Below, one piece after another: positions 50,801-63,909 of a stretch of 64,000 nt of DNA. The stretch comes from Mobula hypostoma. Lineage: Eukaryota. Positions within the stretch are counted from its first letter, which is position 1. Each line of letters starts with the position of its first letter. Position numbers and translations under genes: made by a program. The stretch lies in the NCBI RefSeq assembly GCF_963921235.1, contig NC_086104.1:40424001-40488000 (forward strand), written 5' to 3'. The notes beneath the pieces are model-generated. The model ran no database searches. It was not told the origin of the DNA and saw only the letters and a list, made by a program, of their open reading frames with translations.

Positions 50801-51721
50801 ATTGTCAGTCCACAAAATTGAGCATAAAACACAGACTGGTAAAATCCAGAAGAATTGAGAAAATATTGCACATTTGGCAATGCCTACATTTAGATGTGCG
50901 GTTTGACTAAATCTTCTCCTTCCCCATCACCTTCACAAATCCAATGCCATGTGAATATTTTCACTCAGGTCCTAGTTAAAATCTGGCCCTCAACTTGAAC
51001 TACTGAAGGAGAGTTGGCTAGATTGTCCAACATATTGTCTGGTTGTTATGGCCGTAATAACTACCATAATTATTCTGGTTTCCATTTGGAAGGTGGCAGA
51101 GCAAAGGTGGTTTCCCAGTTACAGAGCTAACCACCTTCACCCATGAAACCCATGCTTCACCATGCTGCTCCTCTCACTTGAAACCTAGTTTGATTAAGAT
51201 TTTTCTGCAGAACTGGACAGCTGAGTGGTAAGAGGTCTCTATCTGTTTAGGGTCAGGACCTCCGTCTCCATCTACGATCATGGGTTGGGTGCCCATTATG
51301 GCAGTGATGAGGCCAGTTCTCTTCAATAAAGGAATGAGCCACAAATTGTCACCTGGTCTGTGAAACAACATTACCCACAAAGGCAGTTTCATGACCTCCC
51401 CAATCTCAAATGATTAAACAACATAGAACTAGCTATGGGATTAGCCTGTTGAGCTCAGGGGAAGTCGCGGGGGCGGGGGGGGGGGAGGGAGGGGTTGCAC
51501 TCAGGTGTCACCATTTTTTGGTAACTCATCTCATGGCAGAACTAAACAGTGACCAGTGGGTGGTGGTTGGGTTGTCAGCCTAGTTCATTACCTGGCCATT
51601 AAATCAATGCTGTTTCTAGGACTTTGTTGGGAGCAAAACAGGCTACCAAGCTTCTAACAATACCAGAGGGTTTGCATAGGTCAGCAAAAGGACTTATATA
51701 ATTGTATGCTGCAGACATATC

Positions 51722-53852
51722 CACTCAGGGGCCATATTATTGGGAACCACCTGTACCTAATAAAGTGGCCACCATCATGGTCTTCTGCTGCTGTACCCCA
51801 TCCATAAGTGTTAGGAGCAGTATTAGGCCTTTTGACCCATCTAGTCTGCTCCACCATTTCATCAGGGCCGATTTATTATCCCTTTCAACCCATTCTCTTG
51901 CTTTCTCCCCATAACTTTTCATGACTTGATTAATCAAGAACTTACCACCGCTTTAAATATACCCAATGGCTTGGCCTGCACAGACATCTGTGGCAATGGA
52001 TGCCCTTTTATTCTATTCTGAGGCTGTGCCCTCTGGTACTAGACTCCCCCACTATAGGAAACATCCTCTCCATATCCACTTTATCTAGGCCTTTCCGTAT
52101 TCAATAGGTTTCAATGAGATCCCTGTTCATTCTTTTAAACTCCAGTGGATACAGGCCCAGAGCCATCAAATGCTTATCATATGTTAACCCTTTCATTTCT
52201 GGGATAATTTTTGTGAACCATTCCAGAAACTAGTGATTCTTGAAAGATCATTACTAATGCCTCCACATTCTCTTCCGCTAGGTTTTTCAGAATCCTGGGG
52301 TGCTGTCCATCTAATGCAGGTGACTTACCTATTTCAGACTTTTCATCTTCCAAAGCACCTTATCCGTAGTAAGAGCAGTAAAACTCACTTCTTTCCCCCG
52401 ATACTCAAGCATTTCTGGCATACTGCTAGTGCCTTCCTCAGTGAAGACTGATGCAAAATACTTATTACATTTGTCTGCCATTTCTTTGTCCCCATTACTA
52501 CATCTCCAGAGTAATTTTCCAGTGGTCCTATATCCACTCTTACCTCTTTTACCCTTTATATATCTGAAAATATTTTTTGTATCCTCATTTATATTATTGG
52601 CTAGCTTACCTGCATATTTCACCTTTTCGTTCCTTATAGATTATTTTAGTTGGTTTTTTAAAACTTCCCAATCCTCTACCTTCCCATTTAGCTTTACTGT
52701 ATTATATGCCCTCTATGTTGCATTTATACCGTCTTTGACTTCACTTGTCAGTCATGGTTGCCTCATCCTCCCTTTAGAATACTTCTTCATCTTTGGGATA
52801 TACCTTTCCTGCACCTTCCAAATTGCACACAGAAAATCCAGCCATTCCTCTTAGTATCCCCTTCCAATCAACTTTGGACATCTCCTCTCTCATGCCTGCA
52901 GTTCTATTTTCTGCACTGTAATACTGATACATCCGATTTTAGTTTCTACTTCTCAAACTGCAGCGTGAATTCTATCACATTAAGGGTTCCTTTACCTTAA
53001 GCTCTCTAATCAAATCTGGGTTATTACATAACACCCAACCCAGATTTGCCATTCTTCTAGTGGGCTCAACCACAAGCTACTCTAAAAAGCTTTATCTCAG
53101 GCATTCTACGAATTCCCTCTCTTAGAATCCAGCAACAACCTAATTTTCGCAATCTACCTGCATGTTGAAACTCCCCCATAATTATCACAACATTGCCCTT
53201 TTTACCTGTCTTTTCTATATCCTGTAGTAATTTGTAGCCCATACCTTGGCTACTGTTCAGAGGCCTGTATATAACTTCCATCAGGAAGTTTTATGCTTGC
53301 AGTTTCTTAACTCTACCCACAAGGATTCTACATTTTCTGATTGTAAATCACTACTTTCTAAGGATTTGATTTCACTTTTTTTTAAACCATCAGAGGCACC
53401 CCACCCCCTCTGCCTACTTGGCTTTTGTATATCACTGTTATAATGCATGATTATTGGAGTTATTGTTGCCTTCCTGTCACTTAAACCAGTTTGGCCTTTC
53501 TCCTCTGACCACTCTCATTAACAAGGCATTTTTGCCCACAGAACTGCCATTTGCTGGATGCTTTTTTTTTGTTGTTGGTTTTTGCATTTTTCTCGAGAGA
53601 CTACTTGCTGTGTATGAAAATCCCAGAAGGTCAGCACTTTCTGAGATACTCCAACTGTCTGGCAGTAATGATCATTCCATGGTGGAAGTCACTTAGATCA
53701 CATTCCTTCCCCATTCTGATGTTTGGTCTGAACAACAACTGAACCTCTTGACTGTGTCTGCACACTTTTCTGCATTGAGTTGCTGTCACAGGATGGCTGA
53801 TTATATAATTGTATTAACAAACAGGTGTACCCGATAAAGTGGCCATTGAGTG
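51722..53852. mobile_element. Tc1-type non-autonomous DNA transposon split by a CR1 insertion
   Basis: Imperfect TIRs cactcaggggccatattattggg / cccgataaagtggccattgagtg followed by TA; internal sequence at 51745-51802 and 53425-53820. Confidence 0.65.
51803..53420 (-). mobile_element. CR1 with internal deletion (endonuclease/linker joined to 3' end)
   Basis: EVIYRPLNSSQ..GNVVIIMGEF and NNINEDTKNIFRYIKGKR..NKYFASVFTEE; 3' UTR at 51803-51950; RT core absent. Confidence 0.8.
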
Positions 53853-54449
53853 TAACACTTGGATAGTCCACTATTGTGATTGTCCCAAAATACGGACGCC
53901 TGCATTTAAAAGAGTTTCTGTTTTGCAGTCCAATGGCAGATTTTGTTGTTCTGATATGCGGGTAGCTCATAATAAAACAGGTCTATGTGACCATGTAAAA
54001 GTCGGATTGAAACTGCAATCAATACAAATAACAGTTAGTGAACAGTACAAGTTAAAGTCTCAAATTCAGTTAATTAAAAAAATTCTTGGTCAGCTGAGAT
54101 ATCAACAAAGAGAAAACCATTAATCTTAAAATCCTAAATATGGCAAAGGAGTCAACCATTTTGCCCGTCAACCTTGCTTATTCATATAGCCATTTAGATG
54201 GAATCTATGTTATGTTTCTCAGTCCACACCCAAATCAAGAGCACACCCAGATACTTTTAGAATGGGCAAAGAATTGAATTACCACTGTGAATTTCAGATC
54301 ACCATCATTTTAAAAATATTTTCTTAAAACATCTCCACTCCTATTATCTCAGATCAATAGGAAGAATCCACCTCAGTTTCTTAGTTTTAATTCCTTTGAT
54401 TAAATTTCACCTCCATCTATCACAATTTCCTCCTTTTTCTCCCCCTGAA

Positions 54450-54842
54450 GAAAGATTTGTTTTCTTGCAGGCAGACTCAGCAAATCCAAAAAAAACATAA
54501 TAGAAATAATGAAAGGTCACACCCAATAGTACAAACAACCAATATGCAAAGGACAAAAAACTGTGCAAATACGAAAGAAAATTAATAATAATGAATAAGC
54601 AATAAATATCAAGAACATGAGATGAAGTGTCCTTGAGACCGAGTCCAAAGGTTGTGAGAGCAGTTCATTGTTGGGTCAAGTGAAGTTATGCACCCTGGTT
54701 CAAGAGCCTGATGGTTGAGGAGTAATACATATTCCTGAACCTGCTGGTGTGGATCCTGAGGCTTCTGCACCTTCTTCCTGATGGCAGTAGTGTGAAGAGA
54801 ACATGGCCTGGGTGATGGGGGATGATGATGGATGCTGCATCA
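54450..54842 (-). mobile_element. Rex1/Babar-like LINE 3' fragment
   Basis: Same family as 12060-12590 (cctgaacctgctggtgtggatcctgaggcttctgcaccttcttcctgatggcag). Confidence 0.75.
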
Positions 54843-55234
54843 AGAAGGCTAGAACCCAGTCAGTGAGAAAATCATTAGGGCATGCTTCTTTTGTACACCA
54901 AGAATAAACATTTCCACATTTAGTTTAATCCAGAGTAGAGAGACTTGCTTGTGCTCAGGACATCTGTTGGTGAGATTGGCACTAGCATAGAGTATTTGTA
55001 TGTTTGCCATTATTTGTCCAGCCAAAACTGAAAATTTAGAGTAAAGGTTTAAAGAGCCAGGTGAGCCTTCCAGCATCATGTAAATGTTCACCTAATAAGC
55101 TGTCCTATTAATCATAATAATGTCCAGAATAACTAGAGGCTTGGCTGACTCGATATGAGGATGTCGTATTCTGCTAACACACCAGCTAGCAAGTCTTCTT
55201 GGCCGAACAGAGCCATTCAATCCACGAGGGTGGT

Positions 55235-55805
55235 CATACCCAAGGAAAATAATCTCTCATAACAGTGGTATATCTGTGAAGTTTTGAACCCTGGAGAGTT
55301 GTGGAGATTGGATTACTGCAGCTACTTAGACAGGGATATTTTTGAAAGATCATAGAACTGAAGGTTTATGGGAACTGGTAGTGCAGTCTTGGGGCAGATC
55401 ATCTTGAATGGTGGGATAGGCTTGGACGTCAGGTAGCTTATTTCTGCTCCTACTTTCTTGTGATTTGCCATTGTATAACCAATGATGAGGCAAGAGGATC
55501 ATCAGGTCATTCAACTTTCTCCACCTGATGATCAGATCTTGACCTCCACTTCCTTGCTTCTTCTCATCATCCTCAACAGCCCTAGTCTATCCGTTCAACA
55601 CCTTAGCCTCCACAGCTTTCTAGAAAGGAGGATTCAAGAAGTTCACAATCCTCAAGAAATTCTGCCCCATCTCCACTTGCAATAGCCAATCATTTAATTG
55701 TTAAAGTTATGCCCTCAAGTTCCAGATTTTCCCCCTCATCTTACAATGAGGAAAAAAAATCCTCACAGTAGCTACCATCTGAGAATACCTCTGTAAGATC
55801 ACACT
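55235..55805. mobile_element. Two old CR1 3' remnants in opposite orientation
   Basis: Plus-strand ...ttctgctcctactttcttg tail at ~55440; reverse CR1 3' region at 55480-55805. Confidence 0.45.
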
Positions 55806-55972
55806 CTCGATTTCGGATAAGGTGGTCAGTTTCGGTTTGCAATGATCACTACTTGGAGTCTGCCGTGGCAGCTCATTTCCTATTGTTAAACATTTACAGG
55901 CTTGAGTAATACCCTCATTTTGAATGACTGAGTTTATTTACAAGTGAACCTATTCTATATTCTTTACTTTAG

Positions 55973-56200
55973 GTAACAGGGATGGTTGGGATGCAGTATT
56001 TGCACACAGCCCTAGACAGCATTGCAAACCCTGAAGATCCTGACTGTGAAAGTGAGGGTTGGTTAATGGAGAAAGGCCTGAAGGAAACAATTAAATCTAT
56101 GCTGGAAAGCATTAAAGAGCTGGGTAAGTTTAATCAAGTAGCCACAACAGCTGAAGAGGAGAAAAAGCAAGAGGATACGACTGTTGCCACAGTCAGCTGA
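55973..56200 (+). CDS. PRPH2: Peripherin-2 exon 3, 228 nt including stop (total CDS 1056 nt, 351 aa)
   Basis: tctttactttag|GTA ACA GGG ATG...YLHTALDSIANPEDPDCESEGWLMEKGLKETIKSMLESIKELGKFNQV...TVS*; phase 0 fits exon 2; amphipathic helix and NQV targeting region present. Confidence 0.97.
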   Translation, partial: VTGMVGMQYLHTALDSIANPEDPDCESEGWLMEKGLKETIKSMLESIKELGKFNQVATTAEEEKKQEDTTVATVS

Positions 56201-56276
56201 AGAGATGGCAAAACAATATGTTCAGGAGAAGGCATGGGTATAGAAACAAGCTGGAATGAGAAGTAAATGAAAATTG

Positions 56277-56282
56277 AATAAA
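56277..56282 (+). terminator. PRPH2: Candidate PRPH2 polyadenylation signal
   Basis: First AATAAA after the stop codon. Confidence 0.35.
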
Positions 56283-56654
56283 GGTATAATACAAGATCAG
56301 ATAAATAATTCCCTTCACTGTATAAAATGTAAAGCATTGTGTTAACAACTTTATTCTTCTGTATTTTGCATTGAAAGATAAACCAGACCTGTCAAATTGT
56401 GTTAAACTCTTTTTTCACAATTGATTATACTATGCAGTCAGCAGGAATCTTTTTCAATGCTTTATACTATATTAAATGTTAACTACAAACAGTGTATTGC
56501 CTCTGAATTTGGAAATAAGGATGTGATAAAGGCATGTTTTAAATATCCCAGACATCTTTAATATTGCTCATTTGCTGTGTGAAATTATATAGAATATAAA
56601 CTGCTATAAAATAGGGCTAAACATTAAAAAGCATATTTGAAAAAAAGATTAACT

Positions 56655-56870
56655 TATTAGAGTCATGAAGTAATACAGCATGGACACAGGCCTTTGGCCC
56701 AACTGGCTCATGCTAACCACAGCATCCTCCTTGCTAGTCCAGGCTGCCTGTGTTCAGCCCATTACTACCCTTACCTTCCAAGTACCTATCCAAATGCCTC
56801 TAAAATGTTGCACTTCGACCACTTCTTCTGGCAGCTCATTCCAGATACTTGCTATGCTCTTTCAGTTGAA
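56655..56870 (-). mobile_element. CR1 3' end
   Basis: agagtcat...tacagcatggacacaggcctttggcccaactgg...ggcagctcattccagata. Confidence 0.7.
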
Positions 56871-58099
56871 GAATATTGTCCATTAATCTAATTTCAACAA
56901 CCATTCTTTAGAAACTTAGAACAAAATCAAATGAGAAAAGTGAATGTATGGATGGCACTACAATGTTGCTTCAAGCAGAACCATTATCAAGGGCCAGAAA
57001 CTCTCAAAGATACTGGCTGCAATTTCAGAAGACACAACTAAAGCCAATTCAAAATGCCTTCTGCTAAAACATTCAAGACACTCCCATTTTCAGATCCCCA
57101 ATGGGTTTGGCCAGTTAATTTGAAACAAAAGTAAAGTCTTTTGTGATTTTGTACAAGAAATAGTAGTCATAGTCATACTTTATTGATCCCGGGGGAAATT
57201 GGATAAATATACATATTCACATCCAGCTAAGTCTAAACCATGGTATGGTTTGCGAATTAGATATGAGATTATGATAGCTATAAGTATTGCTGCCAACATT
57301 AGGGTTGTATTTAGGTCAGAGTCCAAATGTAGTTAAATTTTCTACAGGATACAAGTTTAAATATTTCTGCAAAGTATTTCCATACAGACAATGTAACAAC
57401 TCTTAGCAGAGATACAGAAATTTGGAATGTCTTCTAAAGGAAGTTTCATTAAGCAAACTTTCATGATCACTTTAAATATATGTTAGCAGTTTTAGATGTA
57501 ACTGTCTACAGTGGCTTCAAGGATAAAATCCTAAGTACGTTTAATGCCAGTTTATAGGATTAACTTTTGTAATTCTTTTCCAAAGGAGACGAACTAATTC
57601 ATCATGACATCTAAATTGTCACGCAAATCTGTGATAAATATAAGAGGAAAGAAAGGATTTTATCCTTTCATTGTCCCATATTCTGCCAGATTAAATGCCC
57701 TCAAATATTCTGTAGAATTGTTATGGATACAAGTATATTAAAAACATAAATTGTCTATTTTTCATTTTACCATTTTCTACAATTCACTTCTGAACTAACC
57801 AATTCCACTTCAAACTGTTTGAAGATAATAAATCTTAAAAAATATGATGTAAGAATTGACTCGTACTTTATAAAGAAATATATCAAAGTTGGCGTCCAAA
57901 GCAACATAGTGAAGCAAATAGGCAAAGCAACAGAGTTGGAGTTGGGCACCAAGATACCGGAAAGTTCTATCATCAACTGACAAATATTAGGCAGGAAAGA
58001 AATATGTGCACATTAAATTAGAAAGACTGTTAAGCTGAAAATTGTTGTAGAATAATGTAGGTCTAGCTGATCATGTGATTAATAATTGGAATAATGAAA

Positions 58100-58600
58100 T
58101 CACATTCGATGGTTTTGTATCTCTAGGAATATAGTTTTCTTCACGTTTCATGGGATAATTCTCCATTCCAGGAAACAGTCCATGATCCTCCTTTACACAT
58201 TGTTCAGAAGTGAATTCCATGGTTCCAATTATGGTTTCCATAAACCTCTATCTAAGTGCAGTAAAGCTGCATTATTTTTGTACTCCAATTACTTTGTAAT
58301 AAAGGCTAACACTTTTTTTTTGGACCTGCATGTTAATTTCTGCATTTAGTATGCAAGGAAACACAGGTACCACTGGAGTACCAACCTCTTTCACAATTTA
58401 AAAACTGTTGTGCTTTTCTGTTTTTCAACACAAAGTGGCTAACTTCACATTTCCTCACATTCTGTCCCATTTGCTATGTCTTAGCCACTCACCTTACTGC
58501 ACATATCCCTATTCTCTATCTCACTCTCATGACTCATTTTACCAGTAACCTGAGGCACAGTACAATTTTACCCTCCCTCAACCAAGTCATAAATAGGAAA
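58100..58600 (-). mobile_element. Old CR1 RT fragment
   Basis: Reverse CR1 remnants (caaagtggctaacttcacatttcctcacattctgtcccatttgc). Confidence 0.5.
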
Positions 58601-59479
58601 ACCTAGTGGCACGTTATCAAAAGCATTTTGAAAATCTGATTTAGTTACCTTGTCCATTTACCTTGTTATTTACACTCTCAGGAAATCATGAACTTCCTTT
58701 GAATTTGTGTATGTTCTGCCCGGTCCTATAATAATATAAAGTGCTTCAGAAAATAGCGAATTACAGGGAGATAAGCTCACAGAGTTCATTGTTAAAATAG
58801 AATTCTTTATTGATAAAATTGCTAATGTCTAATTTTTAATTGAATAATCCTTGTGCACTACAATAACTTAAAATCCATCAACTGGCTGTTCTCTAAATTA
58901 GATGTATTCATTAGAGAAGCTTAATCTTTGTTCTTTAACACAACACTATAAATGTCTGTTTCTTGTTAAACTTAAGTACTGCTTTGTTATGAGCTGTTAA
59001 TATAAGCCATTGATATGACAGCAAAGTGAGTTGGGCATCATTGAACAAAGCTGTGGGGATAAAAGACAAGAAAGTTCCATGGTTCTATTTGGTCAGTGGA
59101 TCTTTTTATGTAGTATCTAATAATATTATCAAACATCTCAAAAAACTAATGCAAAGAATTACATTTTTAAAATACATTGTGGGAAAACATGTTTCGTACC
59201 ACAAAAATATGAATTAAATGAATAAACAGGATTAAATGAGAAAGGTTTAGGTATAAGTATGGCATAAGCACCTCCTGTTTTTCCGGATTAAAAACTGCTG
59301 CCTAATACATTTGAAAAATTCATTAAATGTAGAGGAGCAGATTAATTTGCGCATCCAATTTGCAGCAAACATTTTAAAAATTGAATCAGTATACATTTAT
59401 GTGTATACTTGCAGCTTACAAAGTACTCTTGTAGGGTAATTTTTAATCTGTATCATGATAGTCCAGCCATTGTACTTCT

Positions 59480-59735
59480 GGATGAGCAGGCAAAGTTCTG
59501 GACTAATGATCCAGAGAAATGTTCAAATTCCACCATGGCATCAGGAACAGTCACCTTAAGCTACCAGTTGTTATGTGAACCCACCTGGTTTACTTATATC
59601 CTTTAAGGAATAATTCGTCCATCTCCAGCCTAGCAGACCTCACAATATTGTTGACTTTTAACTGCCAATTTAATTTAGGAACCATTAAAAATGGGCAATG
59701 CTGGAATTGTGAGCAACAGTAACATGGAAAAATAA
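59480..59735 (+). mobile_element. Ancient elasmobranch tRNA-SINE relic
   Basis: tggactaatgatccagag...gttcaaattccaccatggca (B box)...ccacctggtttactta..cctttaaggaa...gttgacttttaactgcc. Confidence 0.5.
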
Positions 59736-61232
59736 CAGTTAATGGTACCACATTTCATTGTTTGTCAATTTTTCCATATAGCTTTTTATTAAAAAATACA
59801 CAAATAACATTTTTTGTATCTATGAGCAGCATAGTGGGGTTGCAAACAAAAGGCTTGGCATTTTGTACATTGAGATATCCAACATTAATTCTTTGTTTCA
59901 AGGTGGCTAGGTTTTTTCACAGAACTATGCTGTATCTGAAAGAATATAAAGGTTGGCATTATCCATGATCAACCTTCAAAATAGTAACTGGTTATTAAAA
60001 TTTATATTCCATGCTAACCCTATACATTATGTTTAACTCAGAAAAAAATCACTCATCTTAAATCAGCTCTCTTTTCCACTTATGTATTTTTATTTTGAAA
60101 CTAGTAGCCAAAGAATAATGTATTTGAGTACTGTACTATAAGTGAATAGAAGATATGATGAATCTAATAAAAACTTGTGGTTATTTCATCGCTTAAAAGG
60201 AACACGCAAGAAAAATGCACAGAAAAGGAGGGAACAGGGAAGTTTTGCAAAAAAAAAACCTGTTAATTATTTAAAAATTTGCTTCATGAATTTTCCTCTT
60301 CTTAGGGGAACTCATAGTAAGAAATTCCATGGAAGCTGTGCTGCTTGAGGTTGCCTAAATGGAGCTATTTTTAATATGAGCCCGATCCTGAGCATTTGTA
60401 GGTTAACTAACCTGTGGCAAAACCAGAGTCAAACTTTATCGCCTCACAACTGGAAACCCCACACACATCCAGCAGATATAGATCACAAAAAAATGCCCTG
60501 ATTACTTTTCCCCTCTAACCTTCCCCAAAAAAGTTAATTGCAGCACTCATCTAGCTTCAGTTAAGGTCACTTATATTATCATAACCTCTCAAAACAAATG
60601 TGTGAAGAAAAATTCAATGCCATACACAACTCTTATATAGTTAAGGGACTGTTCAAAATTATAGTGGATAAACTTGTAAAATTGTTATAAAAAGTGCAAA
60701 TTTGTGTTCAATTGAAGAAAAAACACATTTGGAAAGATGGTTATATGGTTATATCTAAAAAAAATCAAAATACAATGTCAAAATGGAGATCATTACCAGT
60801 GAAAGTTAATCCAGAGGATAGAGGAAATGGTCTTCTGATTTTTATCGATGCTGGGTGATAAACTTCGCGTTCTCACAAGACGTTTTATGAATAACAAAGT
60901 ACATCAGTTTTAATGGCTGAAATTAATGGACTCGAAAATATCTATAATGACTGATTAATGTTACCATGTTAATTTCCTGTTTGCAATGTCCTCAAATGTT
61001 ACTTCAAGGATGAGTACAGAAGATTAAGGCTAATATAATAATCATCTTAAATTTCAATACTCTATTAAAAACTGCAGATGCACACTAGGCAGGAATAATA
61101 GAAGTACTATAGTTCATTTTGACATATCTGGGCCATTAAGACTGTATTCCTGTAAGACATATTCACAATTATGCAAATAACAAGCTGTTTTCTTTAGGAG
61201 GATTGGGACAGATTTAAACTAATTGTTAAAAG

Positions 61233-61513
61233 TTAGTTAAAGTCTGTCCCGAGCCATCAAGCCGGTGCTTATGCCAGTTTCTGTGGTGTGAAGCGACTGA
61301 AAGTATGAGACTCCCCCCCAGATAGGACACCAGTCTATCGCGAGACTGACGCCCCAGCATTTTTGCCAGTACCCATTTTTAGCTGGGTGGACTGGAGCAG
61401 TGTGTGGTTAAGTACCTTGCTCAAAGACACAACACACTGCCTTGGCTGAGACTCGAACCCACAACCTTCAGATTGTGAGCCCAATGGCCTAACCACTTGG
61501 CCATGCGCCACAC
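61233..61513 (-). mobile_element. Full-length tRNA-SINE with CORE-like and MetaSINE-like segments
   Basis: A box tggccaagtgg, B box gggttcgagtc; perfect 12-bp TSD aattgttaaaag (61221-61232 / 61514-61525). Confidence 0.9.
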
Positions 61514-63309
61514 AATTGTTAAAAGGACCAGCCCAATAAAGACACTAAGCGGTAACTATCAAAAGTTATTTAGATATAGACTCAAAATTGCATCATTTGC
61601 AGTACAACATCCAAGTTCTATCAAAGAACTGTCACAAAAACAAATAATGTCATATTTCTATTTCAAGTTTTATTCAAAAGATAATTCAGGAAGTTATAAA
61701 CCAGAAATGTATTGTTAATTGATACCACTACATGAAGTTAATTTAAGATAGTAATTAACTTATTAATGAGTCTTTATTCAAAGTTGATGATGTCCATTAA
61801 CTTCAGTGGCCATATAATTGGACAGGGAAAAACAGGAACCACCTTCACATGGTTGTGCAGTGTGCCTCTGACGTGACAGAGTCAGGTTCTGTTCCTATTT
61901 CCTCTCACCCCCAACATTTGCACACCAATGTGCAAAATGTTTGGACAGTTTCAGTCAGTACCTCTCAAAAGTAAAATAATAGAATCTGATGTTTGTGGAG
62001 ATGTGTCGTTGAAACTAAGATGAATAAATTAATTTGGGAAATTTTGCAAATAAAGCTCCTTAGAAAGAAACATTTCAAACCATTCAAATAAGAAGGAGAG
62101 TCACATTTTAAAGATTCCATTTTAAGAATATTTGAAGCAAATGCTATTCAAATACATGATAATGTGATTTGCAGATCAGGTACTTCACTGCCAGTTTTAG
62201 ATCCCCTGTTTTCAAAGAGCTTGTTTACTTGAAATAACTAAGTATATCATGTTAATATGATATTCTTTCTTAAGTATATTTCTGTATATTTAACAGTTGG
62301 CACATGGACTTTATTTTCATAATATTTGAAAACATATATTATAATTTAAATGATCAAATGCCCTGCAATTAAATATTATAGAACCAATGTCAAGGAGTGA
62401 AGAGAAAACGAGGCCAATCTGGCTTCTAACTTAATAACTGTCCCTTGGAAAAAAAACATCAAGCCATAGCAAATGACTTGAAAATTTACTTAGATAGGAA
62501 AACAGATACAAACCACACTAGTTTGCCATCTTAACACCATTCTCTTCCCTAAAGTTGTTGGTTGACTCATGTTCACATTTCCATGGATACCAGCCAGTGT
62601 TTGTTTAAATTGCCATTGCAAACACTTTACATTAAAGGAAGCCTAAACTAACTTTAATTCATTTTTTAAAATTCAATTTCATGGGTTATCAAAATTGGTC
62701 TGATTTTTCTTTACTGCTAAAGTTATAACTCAGTAGAAAATAGCTTTACCTGAATAAAGTCTATGGAGATAAAAATGATCAAAAATATTGTGAGACAAAT
62801 ACCCATTTGGAAGGTTTATCCATTATGAAGAGAGACGAAGATTTTCAACACCTAAAGCATTTATTTGAATCTTCAGCTTTTTACATATAGTACATAGTAC
62901 CAATTATACATGAATTCAACATATATTAACAGCCCATTTATTACAAGAATTCTCCCAAATATCTAAAGTATTTGTTTTTATAAACATTTCTACAGTGAAT
63001 GTAAATGCATGCTAAATGTTTCCATGAGCAAAAATTGCACAATACATGAGAATGTGGTCAATTTAAGGTATTAACAGGACAAGTGAAAGGGAGAAATGGG
63101 TGTGCTTTCTGTTTCAGCAAATTATGTACATTACTTTAAAATTAAAACATTTAAATTTACTATATCAGGCTTTTGTTAGGCTTTTTGTCTACAGTATATC
63201 CACATCAGCATCAGCCAAGATTATGCAAACGAAAATGATCTCACTTTCACAGTAAACTGCATTTAAGTCAAATGAAAACAAATTTTTTGGAAGACCAGGT
63301 ACATCCTTT

Positions 63310-63909
63310 CAGGAGTGGTGAACCTTTTTGAGAACGTGTGCCCAAATTGGCGATAATCTTCTAAAAACTTCATGTGATATGGTAATTTGGAGCAGAGATT
63401 ATCATTGATTAATGAATTAGTAACAATAATTATGGACTTAAAGGAAAAAAACGATGATTCAGGTTACCTATTTACATGTATTCATTGTTCTACTGTTAAT
63501 AAAATTATAACAGAGACAGATTGAAATAAATGAAGCATTTTAGAAAACCTGTTAAAATGATTAATATTTTAAAAAGACAATTGAAAAATAACAATTTTAA
63601 ATAGTTGAAATCATTTACTATTCAAATACTGATGCATACTGAGTTCAAAACGTATCATCCAATGTCACGTGTCTTCACAACTGTCTAGCTGGCGCTCAGC
63701 TGGTGGGAGACATTTCCTGTGAAAACATCTCACTACTCTCAGACCGTAAAAAAACATTGTTGCTTCATACAGCAGTAAAGATAGTTATTATGTATCCTTT
63801 TATTATGGATGGGCTTTAAAGAATTAAGGGCTGGCACTGCATGCGGAGTGCCAAAAAAATTTTATTTGCGTGCTATCTCAGGCACACCTGTCATAGGTTC
63901 GTCACCCTG
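63310..63909. mobile_element. hAT-like non-autonomous DNA transposon (MITE)
   Basis: Imperfect TIRs caggagtggtgaacct / aggttcgtcaccctg; no clear 8-bp TSD. Confidence 0.6.

Noticed and set aside
51466-51496. G-quadruplex-forming G-run
   Set aside because: Short homopolymer-rich tract of a type common genome-wide and prone to sequencing error; no supporting context.
61430-61513. tRNA gene (also considered at 30700-30775 and 48740-48810)
   Set aside because: A/B boxes continue into SINE bodies flanked by TSDs; no complete cloverleaf or pol III terminator.
61911-61944. Imperfect hairpin ccaacatttgcaca...tgtgcaaaatgtttgg
   Set aside because: Short, bulged and AT-rich, so plausible by chance.
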